In this document: in pieces, positions 1-12,773 of the stretch | Layout: each line of letters begins with the position of its first letter | Position numbering within the stretch: position 1 is the stretch's first letter | NCBI GenBank assembly: GCA_013265495.1 | Contig: MU057880.1 | Span: forward strand, 1,766,527 to 1,830,526 | Direction: 5' to 3' | Origin: Vicugna vicugna | Lineage: Eukaryota | DNA: 64,000 nucleotides | The notes under the pieces: model-generated | Told to the model about the DNA's origin: nothing | The model's input: only the letters and a program-made list of their open reading frames with translations | Databases searched by the model: none | Program-made: the position numbers and the translations under genes

Positions 1-694
1 CGATTTCATTGTAATTGTCTCAAGATAGTAATAAAACGCATGCGTCTCCTGATGGTCAAATTCGCCACTGATTTTCTAGGTAGATTTTTCGTTTCTCAAA
101 ATCTTATAATAATAGTCAGACTCTTTGTCGTTGCTACTCTCATTCTTTCTTTTTCTTCAAATGGTTTTAGTGCGGTGTTAGATATTTCATGGACACAGTT
201 GGCTGTGTTTGCTCTCCTTTTGCTCTCTGGGCTCTCTGCCAGTCAGCGTTTATCCAATAAAAGAGAGCACATCAAGATGTTTCAGTAAGTAAAGGATTTA
301 ATTCAGACAGCTAGGCGCTAATGAAACCGTGGGATAGGTTTGACCTTGAAGGTCAGGGATAGCGGCTGGTCTCACACCCACTGCGGTCTTTCAGAGACGC
401 AGAAAGTTCCAGAAACGACCAGCAAGGTTACTAGAAACAGTCTCTCCTGCCTCCCATGCCCAGGGGTATGGTTTCCAGAAGAAAGCTGTGAGTTCGTTGC
501 AAACGATCATATTTGCCTAAGAACAGCTAGTCTGTTGGTCTTGCCGGAAGATTGGCTGCTTTCCTTCTTTCTTCCAGGACGCACATGAGAGTGTCTGTTT
601 GGGCTCTGGAGCTTCCCAGCCCAGCTTTGTGTTTCCAGGGAAAGCGCGGATGGAGTTCATATGGGAATGCTGAAACTAACCTGAATAGAAACAA

Positions 695-952
695 TGTTTA
701 TAATTCATATAATTTATATTCATATAATTTATAATTCATAATTATATTTGTTTATATTATATAATTTATATTTATATTAGTTACAAATTATATTTATATA
801 ACTTATAATTTATAAACTTTTATATTATTTATAATTCAATATATGTATATTATTTATAATTCATGATGTAATTATAAATAATATACATGTATAGATAATA
901 ATATATAATATTATATATAATTATAAATAATAATTATATTATTTATAATTCA
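695..952. repeat. AT-rich low-complexity / degenerate tandem repeat (tataattcatataattta-like units)
   Basis: Almost pure A/T tract with recurring 'tttataattca' and 'tatattatttataattca' units. Confidence 0.9.
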
Positions 953-1389
953 ATTCTGGGCTCAGAGAAACAGGTGAAGATAGTTAAATCATGAAAAGAA
1001 GAGTTTGCTTGTTTTTATGAGCAGTAATCTATTGGGAATAAGTCTAAAGAATTTTCAATAACCTTGGTCACCCTGTCTAGTGACTGTGATGGAATAAATC
1101 TGACTCATATCAGAGAATGTGCAATGTTACTAATTAGCCTTGACAATACTCATGTTATGTCCTATTTTCAATTGCCTTCATGAGAGAGGTTTATCGCACA
1201 TATATTTATTTATTGCAGCCCCTTAGGTGGTGCATTAAATGAGCATCTAATAAATTTTTCCTGAATAATACACAGACTCTTGTTTAGTTAGGGAAGCTGT
1301 CACAAAATATGTTCACCACAGGCCTTTCTTCCCTGTCATTTCTCTTTGTGCTGCTCAGAGCTGACTCTACTGAGATTACAAATATACAA

Positions 1390-1466
1390 GGAGAGAGGGT
1401 GTAGCTCAGTGGTAGAGTGTGTGCTCAGCATGCACGAGGTCCTCAGTTCCAACCCTGGTACTGCCA

Positions 1467-1514
<48 letters not shown>

Positions 1515-1515
1515 A
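1390..1515 (+). mobile_element. tRNA-Ala-derived SINE (camelid Vic-1-like) with (AAAT)n tail
   Basis: Head gagggtgtagctcagtggtagagtgtgtgctcagcatgcacgaggtcctcagttccaaccctggtactgcca resembles tRNA-Ala(AGC) with A/B boxes; followed by (aaat)n. Confidence 0.9.
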
Positions 1516-3109
1516 ATTCTAAAAATATGCCAGAGTATTACACTCCTTTAAAGGATAATAAATTGAAAATCAGTGAAATATGAAAAACTACAATCTATTC
1601 GAGAAGAAGTTTCAAGTAGAAAAAGGTGAGAATGGATATTCAGTGGGAAAAATTGGAAAACAGTTGTCAGATTTCATTCCGCCCTGCAGATAATAAAAGG
1701 CAATAACTAAATGATTTTAGTGAGAACACTGTGGAATTTTTAAAAAGACTAAATGCTCCTTTATTGTTGAATCAGATAAAAAGCTTAGGAATAAATAATC
1801 AACCCCCGCCCCCTGCCCCAATTAAACCTATCGAGGTAGTACTGGCCTAGTTAGATTTCATTTAAAGAAAGATGGTGGCTTTATACAGCTTCCCTGGGGA
1901 GTAACAGGGCTTTGGCCGACAGGCGTGCTCCTGTAATCTCTGCTGGGGGCCGTGGAAGGGGACGGGGGTTCAGCACACCAAAAATGAGCACAGGAAGTCA
2001 GGACACCCAGGTGGTAAATCTTGCTCTGTTCTTTTTATCTCTGAGGCTATGTACAAGTTTCTTTTTCCTCCAAAGAGTCAGCTTTCTTCTTTACAAAATG
2101 CATTATAATTTGCATCTGTACTAAAGAGGTATGATTTCTGCCTACTTGGCTTCTACTATCCCCATGGCCATGTTGGTGACATGAATCATTCAGTTCCTCC
2201 ACTCTTGAGTTCTTCATGCAAGATTAGCTGCTCACAGTAAAACTGCAGAAGCACCCCAGGATTAACTGTTGTTTGGAAAAACTAATATTGGAGATAAGGA
2301 TGCTTCAAGACAGTCCCTTCCAGCTCAGATCTCTCGAGATCAGTGACAGTTTTGGAAAGGAAAAGTAATGCCGCAAACTGAACAACAATTTTTGTTGGGG
2401 AACAATTTCAACATCTGGTGAGTCATTTGATACAGTGTATATAAACACAGGCTTATGATTTGAAATTGAACACAAAATGTGTCTGAATGTTATTGTAAAC
2501 CATAAGAGAAAACAGCTTTCACATGCAAGCATGCAAACTCAGCTCTCCTGCTGTGGACCAGTCTGAGAAGAAGCCTTCATCAGGAGACAAGACACCTAGA
2601 ATGTCTTGAATAAAATGATGGGGTTTAAGTGACAAAGTATTATGTTTCTCCATTCTTCTCCACTCAGCATGAATCCAAACTTAATAAGTAAATGAAGAAA
2701 CAGACTCCAAAAATATAGGGGAGATTTGCAACCCCAATAAGACTATACAGGGAAAAGCTGGCAAACGTGTGAAGCTTTAACAGGAGTGTGGCAAGACAGC
2801 CAGGGAGGACACCCGTGGTTCCAGTTCAGACAAAGCAGGTGATGTGCAGAAGAGGGTGAGGACAGCATTGGTAGGTGTTCCCCGGGGTATTTTTGGCAAT
2901 AGGAGAAGGGTAGGTAGGAGGGTGAAATGAGGACACTGACGTGGCACAGTTTTAGAACCCCTTGTCAGCAAGGTGGAGCAGAGAAGAAAAGATGCACTAG
3001 AAGCAGCGTCGAAGAGCCAGATTTTTGCAATCCGGGAAGAAGCAAAGGCTGAAAGACACTTCCCATATGCAACGGTTTTCCATGCAATTGGCCTGGAATG
3101 CTCAAAAAT

Positions 3110-3279
3110 TAACAAGTTTCTACTGTATAGCTCAGGGAACTATATTCAATATCTTGTAGTCACTTATAATGTAAAAGAATAGGAAAAGGAATGTATGTGT
3201 GTATATGTATGACTGAAACATACTGCTTTGCACCAGAAATTAACACACTGTAAATTGACTATACTAATTAAAAAAAAAA
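3110..3279 (+). mobile_element. 5'-truncated young LINE-1 3' end
   Basis: acaagtttctactgtatagctcagggaactatattcaatatcttgta...aattgactatact plus poly(A); matches other L1 3' ends in the window (11.7 kb, 52.1 kb). Confidence 0.88.
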
Positions 3280-3404
3280 TCCTGGTGGTACTTATCCTAG
3301 ACTCTGTGCTTCTTTCAAATGAACTTCTTATAAACAGAAGATCTATTCTCAGTCAAAGATGATTATATTTAAAGGTCCTAACAGAGTATCTTCATTGTTT
3401 TCAT

Positions 3405-3920
3405 ATTTTTATTTATTTAAAAAATTCTTTTTGAAGTATAGTCAATTATAATGTGTCAATCTCTGATGTACAGCATCATGTCCCAGTCTTGCATATATAT
3501 ACGTATATTCATTTTCATATTCTTTGTCATTAAAAGTTATCACAAGATATTGAATATAGTTCCCTGTGCTATGCAGAAGAAACTTCTTGTTTATCCATTT
3601 TATATATAGTAGTTAGTATCCTCAGATCTCAGGCTCCCAATTTATCCCTTCGCACACCCTTCCACCCACAGGTAACCATAAGATTATTTACTATGTCTGC
3701 AAGTTTGTTTCTGTTTTGTAGATGAGTTCATTAGTGTCCTCTTTTTTTCTTTTTTTTTTTAAGATTCCACATATGAGAGATATTGTATGGTATTTTTCGT
3801 TCTCTTCTTTCTGGCTTACTTTACTTAGAATGACAATCTCCAATTCCATCCATGAAAATGGTATTATTTTATTCTTTATTATGGCTGACTAGTATTCCAT
3901 TGTATAAATATAACACAACT
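3405..3920 (-). mobile_element. Young LINE-1 3' UTR / ORF2 end, antisense
   Basis: T-rich tail, then gaagtatagtcaattataatg...ttccctgtgctat...tctggcttactttacttagaatg...tagtattccattgtata (reverse of an L1 3' end). Confidence 0.9.
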
Positions 3921-4079
3921 TCTGGATCTACATTTTTTAAAAGAACATAACAGTAAAAGGAAAAACACATGGCAGACAGAGTATTGACTTGGAAAATATT
4001 GGCATGAAGCAGATGAAAAATGTGAACAAATATATTGTCCTGAATTAAGACAAAAGGCAAGGATTCACTCACAATTTTG

Positions 4080-4760
4080 TTTAAAAAGAGCCCAGATTAG
4101 TCATCAGGAAAGATCCATGAAATGACAGATGGAATGAAAGTTGAGCTTAAGAAATGCGAGAAAAATACAGTCTTTGCAGAAATTAAAACCACATTCAAGA
4201 GTGCAAAAAGGAGGAGATTCTACTAAAAATACAGGAGGGACCATAAAGGCCAAGTATGAGAAACATCTAAAAATAGAAATAAAATTAACAGATATAGAAG
4301 AAGACAATTTACAAAGAATCAGTGTCACTGAAGACAAGAGCTAAATAGACAAAATAGAAGAAATGTCCAAAGATATAAAGAACATGTTCTCAAAAATGTT
4401 ATTAGCCTTGAAATTAAAACTACAAAGGAGAGATAGTTGAATGGGGAAAAATGACTTAGATGACCAATGCAGTCAAGTTATTGGACTTCAAAGATAAGCT
4501 TTCAGACATCCTAACCCACCACTTATAATGGGAGGTATACAAAAAAATTGTGGCCTGATTTCTCCATGGTAACATTCTGTGCAAAAAGACATCAAATGGC
4601 TATGGAGTTGCCTGGGAAATAATTTATGACAAAATTATTTTATATCCAACCAAATTTTAGTTTTATTATATAAAGCAATAACATTTTTACTCACCATGAG
4701 GAAGCATCCCATAAGAGCATTTGTAAGAGAGAGGATGAACTTCAGGCAACAGGCACTGAA
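4080..4760 (+). mobile_element. Ancient L1 (L1ME/L1M-like) ORF1-region remnant
   Basis: Highly degenerate A-rich sequence with L1 ORF1-like segments (gacttcaaagataag, attttatatccaaccaaa). Confidence 0.55.
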
Positions 4761-5589
4761 AGATGAAACTACTATATATACAATATATATTCAATTTATT
4801 TAACCATAGGGCCAAGTACTTACAATCTGTTCACGTACAATGAAAAGTGAACAAAGAAAATTCAGAAGTAACATAATCAAAATGTTAAAAGGAAGTAAAA
4901 GGTAGCATACATTTCTTTTATAATCACATGGTTGAGGAACAGAATTTAAAGTTGGGATGTTAAGATAGAGAAATTAAGGAAGAGGTATCAAGTATGTCTG
5001 AGGGTGTGGTGGCCAAGATAACATACCCCTTGGGTCTCCTGCTTTGGGAAGTAGCTGACAGCCCTCTGAACATCTCCTTCTCTCCACTGCCCCATCTAGG
5101 TTCCACTGCACTCCAACGCTTCAGCTGACACAGAACTTCATTCCTGTGATGATGTCTGTGTTCTGTACAAGGTCCGGCGAATCAGTGAGACAGGAGGACA
5201 CTACACCGGAAACAGTGGGTACCACACCCCTGCTCATTCATTCCCACAGGGAAGGTGGACACCATCACACACCAAACAGATTTCTACCCGTGGGAGAAGT
5301 AACATTCTTGATTGTCATCCACAGTTACTCTCTGAGTGAGACTGTGATGTCATTCAGCCCACCTGTAGGATGGGTCTGATGAAATTGTCTCCCATCCTGG
5401 GCATCTGGTCACAGTGAACGTCTGAAGAGTCTATAGGTGACAGTAAGAAAGAGTCGGGTCTGCTGTACCTGCCCTTCCACGATGAGCTGCCACCTCTGAT
5501 GAAACAGCATCCTGCCAGCAGAGGAGAGTTACTTACCCTTCTTCCACTTGCTCTTCCTTCAAACTAATGAGATTTTTGCTCTAATCTAA

Positions 5590-5757
5590 ATACTCAATAC
5601 CTTGTAATAGCCTATAATGAGAAATAATATGAAAAGGAATATATATATACGTGTGTATAACTGAATCAGTATGCTGTACACTAGAAATCAACACAACATT
5701 GTAAACCCACTAGACTTCAATAAAAATAAATAAATCAATAAGTAATAAATAAAGAAA
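5590..5757 (+). mobile_element. Short young LINE-1 3' end
   Basis: tactcaataccttgtaatagcctataatg...tgctgtacactagaaatcaacacaacattgtaaa...cttcaataaaaataaataaa. Confidence 0.88.
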
Positions 5758-7889
5758 TCTGCCTTCTTTTGCTGGATTGACTCTGTATGTTCCTTTGAGT
5801 GTTTGCAGAACTGTACAAGAATATTTCAAGATACTGATGCATCTCCTCCACAGAAAAAATAAATCAATTAGGAATACAAATTTTTCGATGAGCTAATGGT
5901 CCCCCATGACAAGGTGGGTGGGGGTGGGGTGGAATAATGGGAATCAATTTCACAAATACATTATATCAGGCCAAAAAAAATTAAACGTTGTAATTTAAGC
6001 AAACGAGGTTCTACAGCACAGCAATTTGAATAAGTTCCAGCATGACTCACAGACATGTCTGAAATAGCCCAAGTTATGTTTCTCATTATTACTTTGGAAG
6101 AATTGCAATGGAGGAATTGGTAAAAGTACACTGTCTCAGATGTTCTGTTAAAAAAATTTCTAAAAAAATTACCAACCAAAAATGTGCCGCTATATGAAGG
6201 CTAATCCATTTGTCATGTTACTATTTGATTAATGTAGACTTAGTTCATTTGTCAATGGCGATATTTTACTTGCAGAAAAACAAGCTAATACATAAAATAT
6301 AATATGACAAGTCCGTGAAATATAATGAGGTTTTTTACAGTAAATTTATGTTAGAGTGGTTCAGACGACGATCTTTAAAAAGATCAAATATGTTTTAGCA
6401 AAATTCATTCTGCCACAAATGCAAGTGGAAAACATCAACACGTATTTCAAAGAGTATATAATGAAAAAACACAAGAATGGTAGCTAACATTATAAGTATG
6501 TAAGCATTTCGTTTGACCTTTCTTGTTGGCCTTAATTGAATAGAATCAGCTGTTGTAGAAATTAAGAGGAAGTGAGTCTCAATAATAATGAATGGCTCTG
6601 TACAATAATTAATTAACATCTTATTTGTGTATGCAGTGAAGAAATTCACTCTTGCCAGCACAAATGCTTGAACTTTTATCATCATAAATCCTTTCTGGCA
6701 TGAGCCAGTTACTAAGAGTCTATATTTTGCTAGATCTGAATGAAATAACCTCCCGCCCTTCAGAGCTTAATGTGATGCAAAGAGACAGAATGTAAGATTT
6801 CCAAAAAATGATGGAGGAAAGAATAAATGGGTTTTCCCCCCCGATTTAATGAATACTGAAAAGCGTGTTGCAAATACTCCAAGTCTTCCCTTAATGTGTA
6901 AGTCTCTCACGTGGAACAAGCTTGCTGTCTGTGCAGGCTGGCGTGAGGTCACGCCTGTCCTTGGTAGAAGCATCTGCATCCAAGTGACACTGCTGCCCTT
7001 TTTCTCCGTTGACAATGTCCTCTGGTGCTAATTGAAGAGCTTTGTGACCAGCTCTGAATGTGCAGGAAATGCCCAGGCAGAATCCAGACATTTGCAAAGG
7101 GAATTGCTGGCTAGAAATGATTCACTATCTATGCTTAGTGCTTGAGCTTGAATTTTATTAAGAGTAATCCCCTCTGTACTTGTTTAAACCATCATTTGCT
7201 AGTTTTTAAATTGAACGTATAATATGTGTAATCTGAAATACGTGATTTTAATGCATTTTGTTACATTCCCAATGGATGAATCACATTTGTAATATAAAAA
7301 TAGGAGTCAGAAGAATGTCTATTTCAGGGAAAAAAAAGTTCAAGGTCAGAACATTTATTTATGCTATAATTTTCATTAGAATTATGAACATATCTCATCT
7401 TAAATGATGGACTCTTCATTTTTTTGAAAAAAAGTTTCATTATTATTGAAAGAATAAAATACCTGAACTGAAGATGTACTCTTCATTAAAAAAAAATCCA
7501 TTCTTATTGAAAGAATAAAATACTTGAACTGAAGGGATTATATTTTCAGAGCTCACAAGGATTATATTTTTCAGAACTGTCAAGTGATGTAGCCTTTCAT
7601 AATAAGCTGTAATGAGTTGCTAGGAAAACAAAGAGGTCCTACATCATTTAAAAACCAAAAAGAATGTGCTTCTCTGTAAGAGACAGAATAAGAACAAGGG
7701 TTTTACTATTATCGAAGGCAGAAGGAAGTCCTGGGAGAGCGGGACCCGAGGCTGGGATGGTGGAGGGCAGGAAAGATGGGGAATGAATACGGGAAATGTG
7801 CAGTAGGTACTTCATGGATTTTCAGATCAGTGCAGACCTACCAACGCCTCTCTGACTTCCCTTCCCACAGTTTATCACAAGCAGTGTTT

Positions 7890-8195
7890 ACTAAGCTACC
7901 GGATGTTAATAGTAATTAAGTCCTCTATTAATTATGTATAATCTCATCAACTTAACCAATCTTCAATCAATCATCACACCAGCGAATTAATAATTTAATC
8001 ACCTCCTGCAGGTAAGATATTTGCTGACTGTGGTAACCAGAGACCCAAGTGAGAATGTTTAACGTGAGATCTAACCTCCTAAAAAATGTTAAGTACACAA
8101 TACGATACCGCCAACTATGGGCGCAGTGTTGCACAATGGATCTCTAGAACACACTCAGCTTGCATAACTGAAGCTTTGTATCTGTCCAACAGCTA
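7890..8195 (-). mobile_element. L1MA-like 3' UTR fragment, antisense
   Basis: gtgagatctaacctcc...gatctctagaacac...gcataactgaagctttgta matches a reverse L1MA9-type 3' UTR. Confidence 0.6.
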
Positions 8196-8533
8196 AGGAA
8201 GGAGTCTGTTTTTTAATGAGGTCAGTCTACTTGAGAAAGTCTTATGCATTCAAAATAAACACACAAGAGCTAAAACTCTGAGCATGATCTTTGAAGTCTC
8301 CCTTTTTCCCATATTACCATCTAAAGCCTGGTTGGTTTTATCCTTAAATTGGCCTCAAAACACCACCTCTTATTGATCCTTGGCACTATTTTTCAGTGGA
8401 AGTACTTGTTGTGACTTGGTGATCTATGAGATAATGCCTCCACCATGACTTGTCTGCCTGTGGGGGACTCATGACAAATCTGTACTTTTCACTGCTAATT
8501 GAGCACTTTCTTTACCTTAGAGATCATCAAATA

Positions 8534-8843
8534 CAGCTCTCCCTCAGTGTCCGTCGGGGATTGCTCCCGGGACCCCCTCCGGAGACCAAAATCTGCAGTT
8601 GCTCTAGTCTCTTCATAAAATGACGTAGCATTTGCATATAACCCTGCACATCCTCCAGCACACTTTACATCATCTCTAGATCATTTATGATATGTACTAC
8701 AATGTAAATGCCATGTAGATAGTGGCTGACATGACACGAACTCAAGGTCTGCTTTTTGGAGCTTTCTGGATTTTTTCTTTTTAATATTTTCAGGCTGCAG
8801 TAGGTTGAATCCATAGGACTCTCAGAAAACAAAGGGCCAACTC
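8534..8843. mobile_element. MER2 (TcMar-Tigger non-autonomous DNA transposon)
   Basis: TA|cagctctccctcagtgtccgtcggggattgctcc...accaaaatc...atttgcatataacc...aagggccaactc|TA; degenerate TIRs and TA flanks. Confidence 0.88.
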
Positions 8844-9199
8844 TAACTCCTTTCCTTAAAACCTACTGGCTCTAGAAAAAAGGTTCTTCAGTAGACCCGC
8901 AGGCCTCTGAAGGATGTTTGAAATTCTTCAGTAAAATGTATTAGAGAATCCTTAACCCAAGAACTTGCACATCTGACCCAATCTGAAAATAGCTCTTTCT
9001 GGCCCAAAATACGAAGGCCTACAGAACTCTTCCCTTCCTGGGTAGCAGAGTCAGGAGAAAGACTAAAACTATGTGCGTGATTTACTAACGAGAAGACTCT
9101 CTGTGGCAGAAACAAACTGTCTGTGTCTGGCAGTTGCACTGGATCCCCAGCAGATACACAGAGCCTGGGAGTGGGGCAGGAGGAGCTAGAATTCAAGTT

Positions 9200-10515
9200 C
9201 AAGTTTCTGTTTCCTGCAATGACAAAGAGAGACTAAGAATAGCTACCAGTTCATACAAACACCTGGGTCTTATGAAGCATCACTGGAAAGGACCCAAACA
9301 ATGAACAGGACTATGGTCACAGAAGAATAGATAAAATCAGTCATTTTGCTTTGCACACAAAAAGCTGGTGGTTTGTAAAACACACCCACATATGCACATG
9401 GGCACAAACTTATGCTTATTCTTAGACTGAATATTAGACTAAATATTAGAGTAAAACTCGTGAGTTCAGTCACTTTCAGTTAATCTTACTACTTTCGTTC
9501 ACAAAGTCTTCCATTAAAAGAGCCTATGTAAATTGTTTAAAAAGGTACCCTGATGGGGTCATGTCGAAAGGACAGAGGAGCTCAGCTGTAAGGGCAGCCA
9601 GCATGCAAAGGTAGAACAATCTGGACAACCAAGTAAGGTGGGACTGAGTTAAATCATATGAGTATTTTATACTCACTAGTACAGTACAGCTGAGTGTCAG
9701 ATAAGTCCCCGAGTCAATCATGATGTAAATAAATAATAGAATAACTTAGCATATGGGACAGAAACAGTCCCCCATACAAAAAAAAATTTTGAATGATTTA
9801 TGTAGATGGCCCCCTGCCACATCCTAAAGAGGGGAACCACCACTCACCACCCTGTGAGCAAGGGTTGTGCTTAAGGACTTGCTTCCCAAGAGTGAGGTCA
9901 GAAATGGTGGTGGGATTTCCAGTAGGGAAACCCAGCAACACTGCCCAGCCACGTGATCAGTGTCAGACTCATTACTGACACTTCAAGTGGAGAGACTGGG
10001 CCCTGGACGTGAGGTGTTGAGGACACTTCACCTCTCTGGTCTTAATCCTCAAAACCTGTCACTCCAGTTATACGACATGAGACAAACAGTGTACACACCC
10101 ACACTGTGGGTCGCTCTACAAGAAGACCTGACCAACACCCCTCGAAAACAAGGAAAGTCTGAGAAACTGTCGTAGGCCAGGGGAGGCCAAAGACACATGA
10201 GGAATCCTTTTATGTAATATGTGACACATGAATAGATACGATGAACACAATATGGAATAGTGTATCCTGGATGGTATTCTGGAATAGAAAAAAACCACGT
10301 TACGGAAAAACTAGTGAAATAAGCATAAACAGTGCTGTTGAGTTAATGGTAACATACTAGTGTCAGTCCCATAATTGTGGCAAACGTACTATAAACATGA
10401 AAAATGTTAACAATACGGGAGACTGAGTGTGGGATTCATGGGAAAGCTCTACACTATTCTTTGCAACTTCTCTATAAATCTAAAGTTATTCTAAAATAAA
10501 GTGTTCATTTTTGAA
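9200..10515 (+). mobile_element. L1MC/L1MD-type 3' UTR
   Basis: atggggtcatgtcgaaaggacagagg..., gtatcctggatggtattctggaatagaaaa, ctttgcaacttctctataaatctaaagttattctaaaataaa (typical L1MC 3' terminus). Confidence 0.8.
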
Positions 10516-11100
10516 AGTACGTACACACACACAGACACAAGGCATCTGGATTGTAGACACCCCCGTGACAGTCACAGCAGAGATAGTCATGCTTTAATAA
10601 GCAGTCTTAATGAGAAACAGCCCTAAGACAACCTCCTTGCCAAAATTAGGTCTTCTCTTTGTCTTCTCTGCATTGGAATAATGGATCATTAAACTGTACT
10701 AATTATCTACCTCCACTCTCAAAATAAAAGCAATCTCTTAGCATGTGGGCTCCTCATAGGAAACAGGCAGGTATGACACAAAAGAAACACAATGAAAAAG
10801 AACTGGGTAAACATGCCCAGAAAAATGGATCTCCAATATTAAGGATTTTCACGATTATTCTATACATATCCAGTTAAATTTCATTGGAGAATGCAACCTA
10901 ATCTTGACCTATTTTGTAAGCCTATCCCAAACTGCCAGTTTATTAGAATGGATTTCATTGAATAAGTCCCTAATCTCATTCCATCCCAGAGCTATTTCTT
11001 TCATCTGTGCATCTCAAACTGGAAGGTAATTGCATTTTCAACCTCTACTAATTTATATTTCACTTAATGGTCATTTTTCACAAAGATAATGATTAGTTAC

Positions 11101-11878
11101 TAGAGAAGGTGTGGAGAAAAGGGAACCCTCCTAAACTTTTGGTAGGAATGTAATTCAGTGCAGTCACTGAAGAGAACAGTATGGAGATTACTCAAAAAAC
11201 TTAAAATAGACTTACCATATGACCCAGCCATCCCACTACTGGGCATATGTCCAGAGGGAACCTTAATTCAAAAGATACATGCATCCCAAAGTCAATAGCA
11301 GCACTATTTACAGTAGCCAAGACATGGAAACAACCTAAATATCCATTGACAGATGACTGGATAAAGAAGCTGTGGTATATTTATACAATGGAATACCACT
11401 CAGCCATCAAAAAGAATAAAATAATGCTATATGCAGCAACATGAGTGGATCTAGAGATTATCATACTAAGTGAAGTAAGTCAGACAGAGAAAAAGACAAA
11501 TATCATATGATATCACTTATGTGTAGAATTTAAAAAATAATTCAAACTAACTTATTTGCAAAACAGAAACAGAGTCACAGACATAGAAAACAGACTTACG
11601 GTTACCATTGGAGGGGAGGGGGAGGAAAGGGATAAAGTAGGAGTTTTCAGATTTATAGGATTTGAGGTCCTATCGTTATAGCTCAAATAACTACATTCAG
11701 TATCTTGTAATAACCTATAATGGAAAAGACTATGAAAAAGAATTATATATATATAATTATGTATATATGTACACACATACACACACACACATATATATAT
11801 ATATATAAAACTGAATCACTGTGCTGTACACCTGAAAGTAACACAACATTTTAAATCACCTATACTTCAATTAAAAAA
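11101..11878 (+). mobile_element. LINE-1 3' fragment (ORF2 C-terminus plus 3' UTR)
   Basis: ORF 11247-11444 'IAALFTVAKTWKQPKYPLTDDWIKKLWYIYTMEYHSAIKKN' is the L1 ORF2 C-terminus; 3' UTR with (TA)n/(CA)n ends ...tatacttcaattaaaaaa. Confidence 0.95.
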
Positions 11879-12720
11879 TGATATACATCTGCTAGAATTT
11901 CCTGAGTGATATCATATATGTGTAGAAATTGGGAGAGCTACCATGAGGCAGAGGGATAGAAATCTTTTCTAGGCTTACCCTTCAGCTAAAGAAGATGCTC
12001 CAGTGAAGTACCCAACAGGGATTTGAATTCAAATTTACACCTTGGCAAAATTATAAGTATCTTCATAGCACATTCCTTCATAGTCTTCCAATTATTGGTT
12101 GAAAACAAAATATTAATCTGAAAAAAACAAAGTTCTACTGATTTTTTGTAGCTAGATCTTTCTAAACTAGAGAATGACTTGGAAGAAAGGCTCTAATCTT
12201 CATGTCTGGATAATACTGGTTTTATTTAGCCTTTAATGTGTCAAGAACACCCATGCATCCACATTGATTTTTCTGCAATGAGTTTTTCTGCCTTACTCAA
12301 GGCCCACTATCTGCTCCTCTCCATAATGCAAACCCATCCATCCACCTGCTCATATTTTCAGACTAAGTATGTAGCCTCTATACATAATTACTTTATGAGA
12401 CAAATATTTACAGAGACCAAATCAGGTGAATAAACCCCCTGACCTAACTCATTCATCTACTCTGACCTCTAAACCCAACAGGAAAATAGAATTCCTGGGA
12501 ATATGCTGGTGTAATCTAGGCAGGAAGAATCCTGGAAAACAAATCTAGAGAGACAAATAGACTACGTCCAGTGCAATATGTAAACTTTGCCCATGAACTT
12601 GATCAGGATATGACATAAAACAAACAAGAATGATAAAATTTTACCAGATAGTTTTAAATCTGCCAATGTAGATTGAGACATTTTGAGCATAAGACCTAGA
12701 TTGATTTCTTTCTTTACAGT

Positions 12721-12773
12721 AAAAATAAAATAAAATAAAATTAAATTAAATTAAAAAATAAAATAAAATAAAT
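12721..12773. repeat. (AAAAT)n/(AAATT)n microsatellite
   Basis: Direct reading. Confidence 0.9.

Noticed and set aside
40..288. 82-aa hydrophobic ORF resembling a membrane protein
   Set aside because: Hydrophobicity is explained by T-rich composition, there is no recognisable family, and the antisense frame (ESPESKRRANTANC...) is also unrecognisable and hits a stop.
1390..1467. tRNA-Ala gene-like sequence (also at 14.8 kb and 40.1 kb)
   Set aside because: Mismatched stems, A-rich tails and a TSD at the 40.1-kb copy indicate SINEs rather than functional tRNA genes.
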